A stretch of DNA of 64,000 nucleotides from Ignavibacteriota bacterium (GTDB lineage Bacteria; Bacteroidota; Ignavibacteria; UBA10030), in assembly GCA_963701295.1 (NCBI GenBank), contig OY969585.1, forward strand, positions 1,312,001 to 1,376,000. Reading direction: 5' to 3'. Position 1 is the stretch's first letter. The number at the start of each line of letters is the position of its first letter. The translations under genes were made by a program, and so were the position numbers. This document shows positions 61,028 to 64,000 of this stretch, in pieces. The notes below the pieces were generated by a model. The model was given only the letters and a program-made list of their open reading frames with translations, made no database searches and was not told the DNA's origin.

Positions 61028-61948
61028 CTATTTCTTAATCAATTGTTTCTGGCGTTCGGTCCATTCCAGTACCACTGCGCTGGCAATATAGATAGAAGAA
61101 TATGTGCCTGTGATGATGCCGATCGTCATTACGAATGCGAACCCTCTGGTCACTTCACCGCCGACAAAGAGCAGTACTAGCAAAACGACGAAGATAGTAC
61201 CGGATGTTATGATTGTGCGGCTCAAAGTTTCATTCAAACTCTTATTCATAATATCGTGTAGTGACATACTCTTGAATAACTTTAAATTTTCACGAATACG
61301 GTCAAAGACAACAATAGTGTCATTGTTTGAAACACCGAGCAGTGTAAGGAATGCTGCAATTACCTCTTGGGTTATTTCCAGATTCAATCCCGGAATCACG
61401 CCATCAAGCAAGGACACTATTCCAATGGTTAGCAGTGTGTCATGCATTAATGCAAGTATTGCACCGACACCGAACACAAATTTGAACCGCAGGGCAATAT
61501 AAAGTAAAATGGCAATGAGGGATACAAGGACGGCGTAAAATGCATCACGCCGCAATTCCCGCCCGATCTTCGGTCCAATCTTGTCCTCTTTGAGTAATTC
61601 AAGCCGTTCGTTTGGAAATGTCTGACGCATGGCATCTTTAATTTTTATAGCAATGATATTACCTTCAGCTTGTTCGGCCGTTCGGATAAGAAGGTTTTTC
61701 TCATTGCCTAGGAATTTGATTTCGCTCTTTCCGAGGCCTACTTTATCAAGGGCACCTCGTACCAGCGAAATATCCGGTTTTTGGTCAAAACCTAGCACGA
61801 GTTCCGTGCCGCCGCGGAAATCGATACCATAATTTACACCCTTAAAGATGAGCGAACAGATGCCGGCGATTATGATGGTTGCCGAAACCAGGTACATTTT
61901 ACGCCGGATTGCAAGAAAGTCAATATTTGTTTTTTTGAATATCCGCAT
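61028..61948 (-). CDS. secF: Protein translocase subunit SecF
   Basis: GIDFRGG, IGP.IG.EL, NDTIVVFDRIREN, TLSRTIITS, GTYSSIYIA. Confidence 0.97.
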   Translation of the reverse strand: MRIFKKTNIDFLAIRRKMYLVSATIIIAGICSLIFKGVNYGIDFRGGTELVLGFDQKPDISLVRGALDKVGLGKSEIKFLGNEKNLLIRTAEQAEGNIIAIKIKDAMRQTFPNERLELLKEDKIGPKIGRELRRDAFYAVLVSLIAILLYIALRFKFVFGVGAILALMHDTLLTIGIVSLLDGVIPGLNLEITQEVIAAFLTLLGVSNNDTIVVFDRIRENLKLFKSMSLHDIMNKSLNETLSRTIITSGTIFVVLLVLLFVGGEVTRGFAFVMTIGIITGTYSSIYIASAVVLEWTERQKQLIKK

Positions 61949-62013
61949 GGAACGATAAACTCCTTTTTCAATTCAATGACAACATATACTCACAAATAAT
62001 TAATACGGTCTGA

Positions 62014-63897
62014 TCAACCAAAATTTGGATTCAGACCGCGCTCGGTCATCACATCGAAGATGACCCGCGTGATGATGATGGCGCTGAAGAGACTCGTCCC
62101 TAAACCAATCATCAGTGTCAGTGCAAAGCCCTGTACAGGCCCGGTGCCGTAGTTGAATAGAATAAGGGCCGTAATGAAGGTGATAAAATTGGAATCGATG
62201 ATGGCGCTGAGCGCTTTTGAATATCCCGCATCGATTGCCGCACGCAGCGTTTTTCCTCCAGCAAGTTCTTCGCGTATACGTTCATCGATCAGCACGTTCG
62301 CATCTACAGCCATTCCAATAGTAAGAATTATACCTGAGATGCCGGGCAGTGTGAGTGTGGCATTGAAGCCCGCCAGCACGCCAAGCAGGAACAATACGTT
62401 AAAGAGCAACGCAACATCGGCAATGCTGCCTGCAGAGTGATAATAGATCATCATAAAAAAAACAGTGAACATCAGCGCGACTAATCCTGCAGTGATGCCG
62501 GAACGGATGGAATCTTCTCCGAGCGATGGTCCCACTGAACGCTGTTCAATAATTGATACCGGCGCTGGTAATGCGCCTGCTTTTAAAACAATTTCTAATA
62601 AACGAGCTTCTGCAGGCGAGTCCATTCCTGTAATTCGTGAGCGTCCGCCCGTAATTTTTGCTTGCACAACCGGTGCAGAGAAAACACCTTTATCGAGGAC
62701 GATCGCAACGCGTTTGCCGATATTAGCGCCGGTGATGCGAGCCCAATCGCGTGCGCCTTCGCTGCTCATTTCCATATTAACGATAGAGCGGTTATCTTCC
62801 GGATCTACACTTGCCTGCGCATTTGTAACGACATTGCCGGTTAGTTCCGGGGTCTTTTTCACAGGATACAGAAGATAGTATTTCTGTTCATCTTTGAATG
62901 TTTGAACTTTTGCAGACCACAAGAATTCAAGATCGGTAGGAATAAGCCGTTGTACTTCCGGGCGTTCAAGCAAACGAACAACACGATCTTTATCCTTTTC
63001 AGCGACATATCCTTCGCCGGATCCGCGTTGGTCCGGTTTGACATACATAAAGAAAGGATGCTCGCGTGCGAATTGCGCTTCCTTTGATGTATCGGATTCA
63101 GGAACTGCAGCGTTGCCTGTAAGTTCAGAAAGAGCATCTTTCCGTTTTTCAGGTTTCTTTCCCTTTTCAGTTAATGTAGCAGTTTCCGCCGTGTCTGTTT
63201 CTAGTTTGCCGGTAAGGAATTTATCGATGGATACCATCACCTTATAAGAAATTTGTGGATCCTTCAGCATCCTAAACTCAAGCATTGCCGTTCCCTGCAG
63301 TAATTGGCGCACTTCATTTTCGTCCTTCACGCCAGGCAATTCCACGATGATACGGCGCCCGCCTTGTTTCTGAATATTTGGTTCCGAGACACGGTACTGA
63401 TCTACTCGGTTTCGTACAATCTCGATCGCACGGTCAATTGATTTATCGAATTCGTCAGATAACATCTTTTCGATTTTTGCATCGTCGTCGCGGATGCTTC
63501 CGTAATAGCGCGCCAATCGGATAGTATCCATTTTAAATTTATTTACAAATGCTGGAATGATCGATAGATCATTTGTTGTTGTTTCACTTCTCACTTCCTT
63601 TATGATAGAATGAAATTTATCATCCTTGTTTTTAGCCATATCATCGAGCAATTGGATAAGGTCTACTTCGAGGACAACGCGCATACCGCCCTGCAAATCA
63701 AGACCTAGCTTCAGGCGCTTGAGTTTCGCATTCAGAATATCATCACGATGCGTGTCCATATATGCAATGCTGTCCTGCCCAGTGAACTGGCTAAGTTTTT
63801 TACGATAATTGTAATCCTGAATCGTCGGCCATAGAAAATAGACCGCAAGAATGACGAAACAGACAGTAAGAATGATTCTAGTAAGCTGGTTTCTCAC
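62014..63897 (-). CDS. secD: Protein translocase subunit SecD
   Basis: LKLGLDLQGG, IVELPG, LKAGALPAP, VGPSLG, GMAVDANVLI.ERIREE. Confidence 0.97.
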   Translation of the reverse strand: MRNQLTRIILTVCFVILAVYFLWPTIQDYNYRKKLSQFTGQDSIAYMDTHRDDILNAKLKRLKLGLDLQGGMRVVLEVDLIQLLDDMAKNKDDKFHSIIKEVRSETTTNDLSIIPAFVNKFKMDTIRLARYYGSIRDDDAKIEKMLSDEFDKSIDRAIEIVRNRVDQYRVSEPNIQKQGGRRIIVELPGVKDENEVRQLLQGTAMLEFRMLKDPQISYKVMVSIDKFLTGKLETDTAETATLTEKGKKPEKRKDALSELTGNAAVPESDTSKEAQFAREHPFFMYVKPDQRGSGEGYVAEKDKDRVVRLLERPEVQRLIPTDLEFLWSAKVQTFKDEQKYYLLYPVKKTPELTGNVVTNAQASVDPEDNRSIVNMEMSSEGARDWARITGANIGKRVAIVLDKGVFSAPVVQAKITGGRSRITGMDSPAEARLLEIVLKAGALPAPVSIIEQRSVGPSLGEDSIRSGITAGLVALMFTVFFMMIYYHSAGSIADVALLFNVLFLLGVLAGFNATLTLPGISGIILTIGMAVDANVLIDERIREELAGGKTLRAAIDAGYSKALSAIIDSNFITFITALILFNYGTGPVQGFALTLMIGLGTSLFSAIIITRVIFDVMTERGLNPNFG

Positions 63898-63932
63898 AAA
63901 TTGTCTCCAAACTTAGAACGTTGGTAATCGAT

Positions 63933-63969
63933 GAAGAAAGCAAAGCGCGATATCACAACCATCGCGCTT
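63933..63969 (-). terminator. Possible terminator hairpin upstream of secD
   Basis: AAGCGCGAT-N9-ATCGCGCTT followed on the minus strand by TGCTTTCTTC. Confidence 0.4.
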
Positions 63970-64000
63970 CCGAAAGAATATTACATTCGTTGTTATTTTT

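Noticed and set aside
1-64000. CRISPR array, rRNA, tRNA, IS transposase, known riboswitch
   Set aside because: None recognised by eye; a weak RNA element could be missed without a covariance search.

Overview
Bacterial chromosomal window of moderate GC; the gene content is most compatible with an Ignavibacteria/Bacteroidota-type anaerobe (inference). From left to right: a truncated Cache/PAS sensor and a MacAB-type ABC exporter; a hypAB-hoxEFUYHW bidirectional [NiFe]-hydrogenase operon; a fermentation block (NifJ-type PFOR plus DHOD-like flavoprotein, hemN, malic enzyme, four-subunit Vor/Kor, Ald-like protein, CoA-transferase); and a 15 kb multiheme cytochrome locus (31.7-46.6 kb). That locus appears to encode a complete quinol-to-cell-surface electron conduit: CbcL-like and ImcH-like quinol oxidases, a Rieske/cytochrome b/11-heme complex, a c554-like protein, a beta-barrel porin, a 14-heme cytochrome, two lipoprotein cytochromes and a CcmF. 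It holds 62 heme-binding motifs by manual count and sits behind a sigma-54-like promoter. It converges on a heme biosynthesis operon. An accessory patch at 55.4-59.9 kb carries a triplicated nuclease-like gene, DUF559, a nuclease plus N6-adenine methyltransferase pair and several REP-like palindromes. Housekeeping genes (dNK, STAS, secF, secD) close the window. Four genes carry +1 frameshifts, three of them next to GTAC, which suggests sequencing artefacts. No rRNA, tRNA or CRISPR array was recognised. All family calls come from motif recognition by eye, not database searches.
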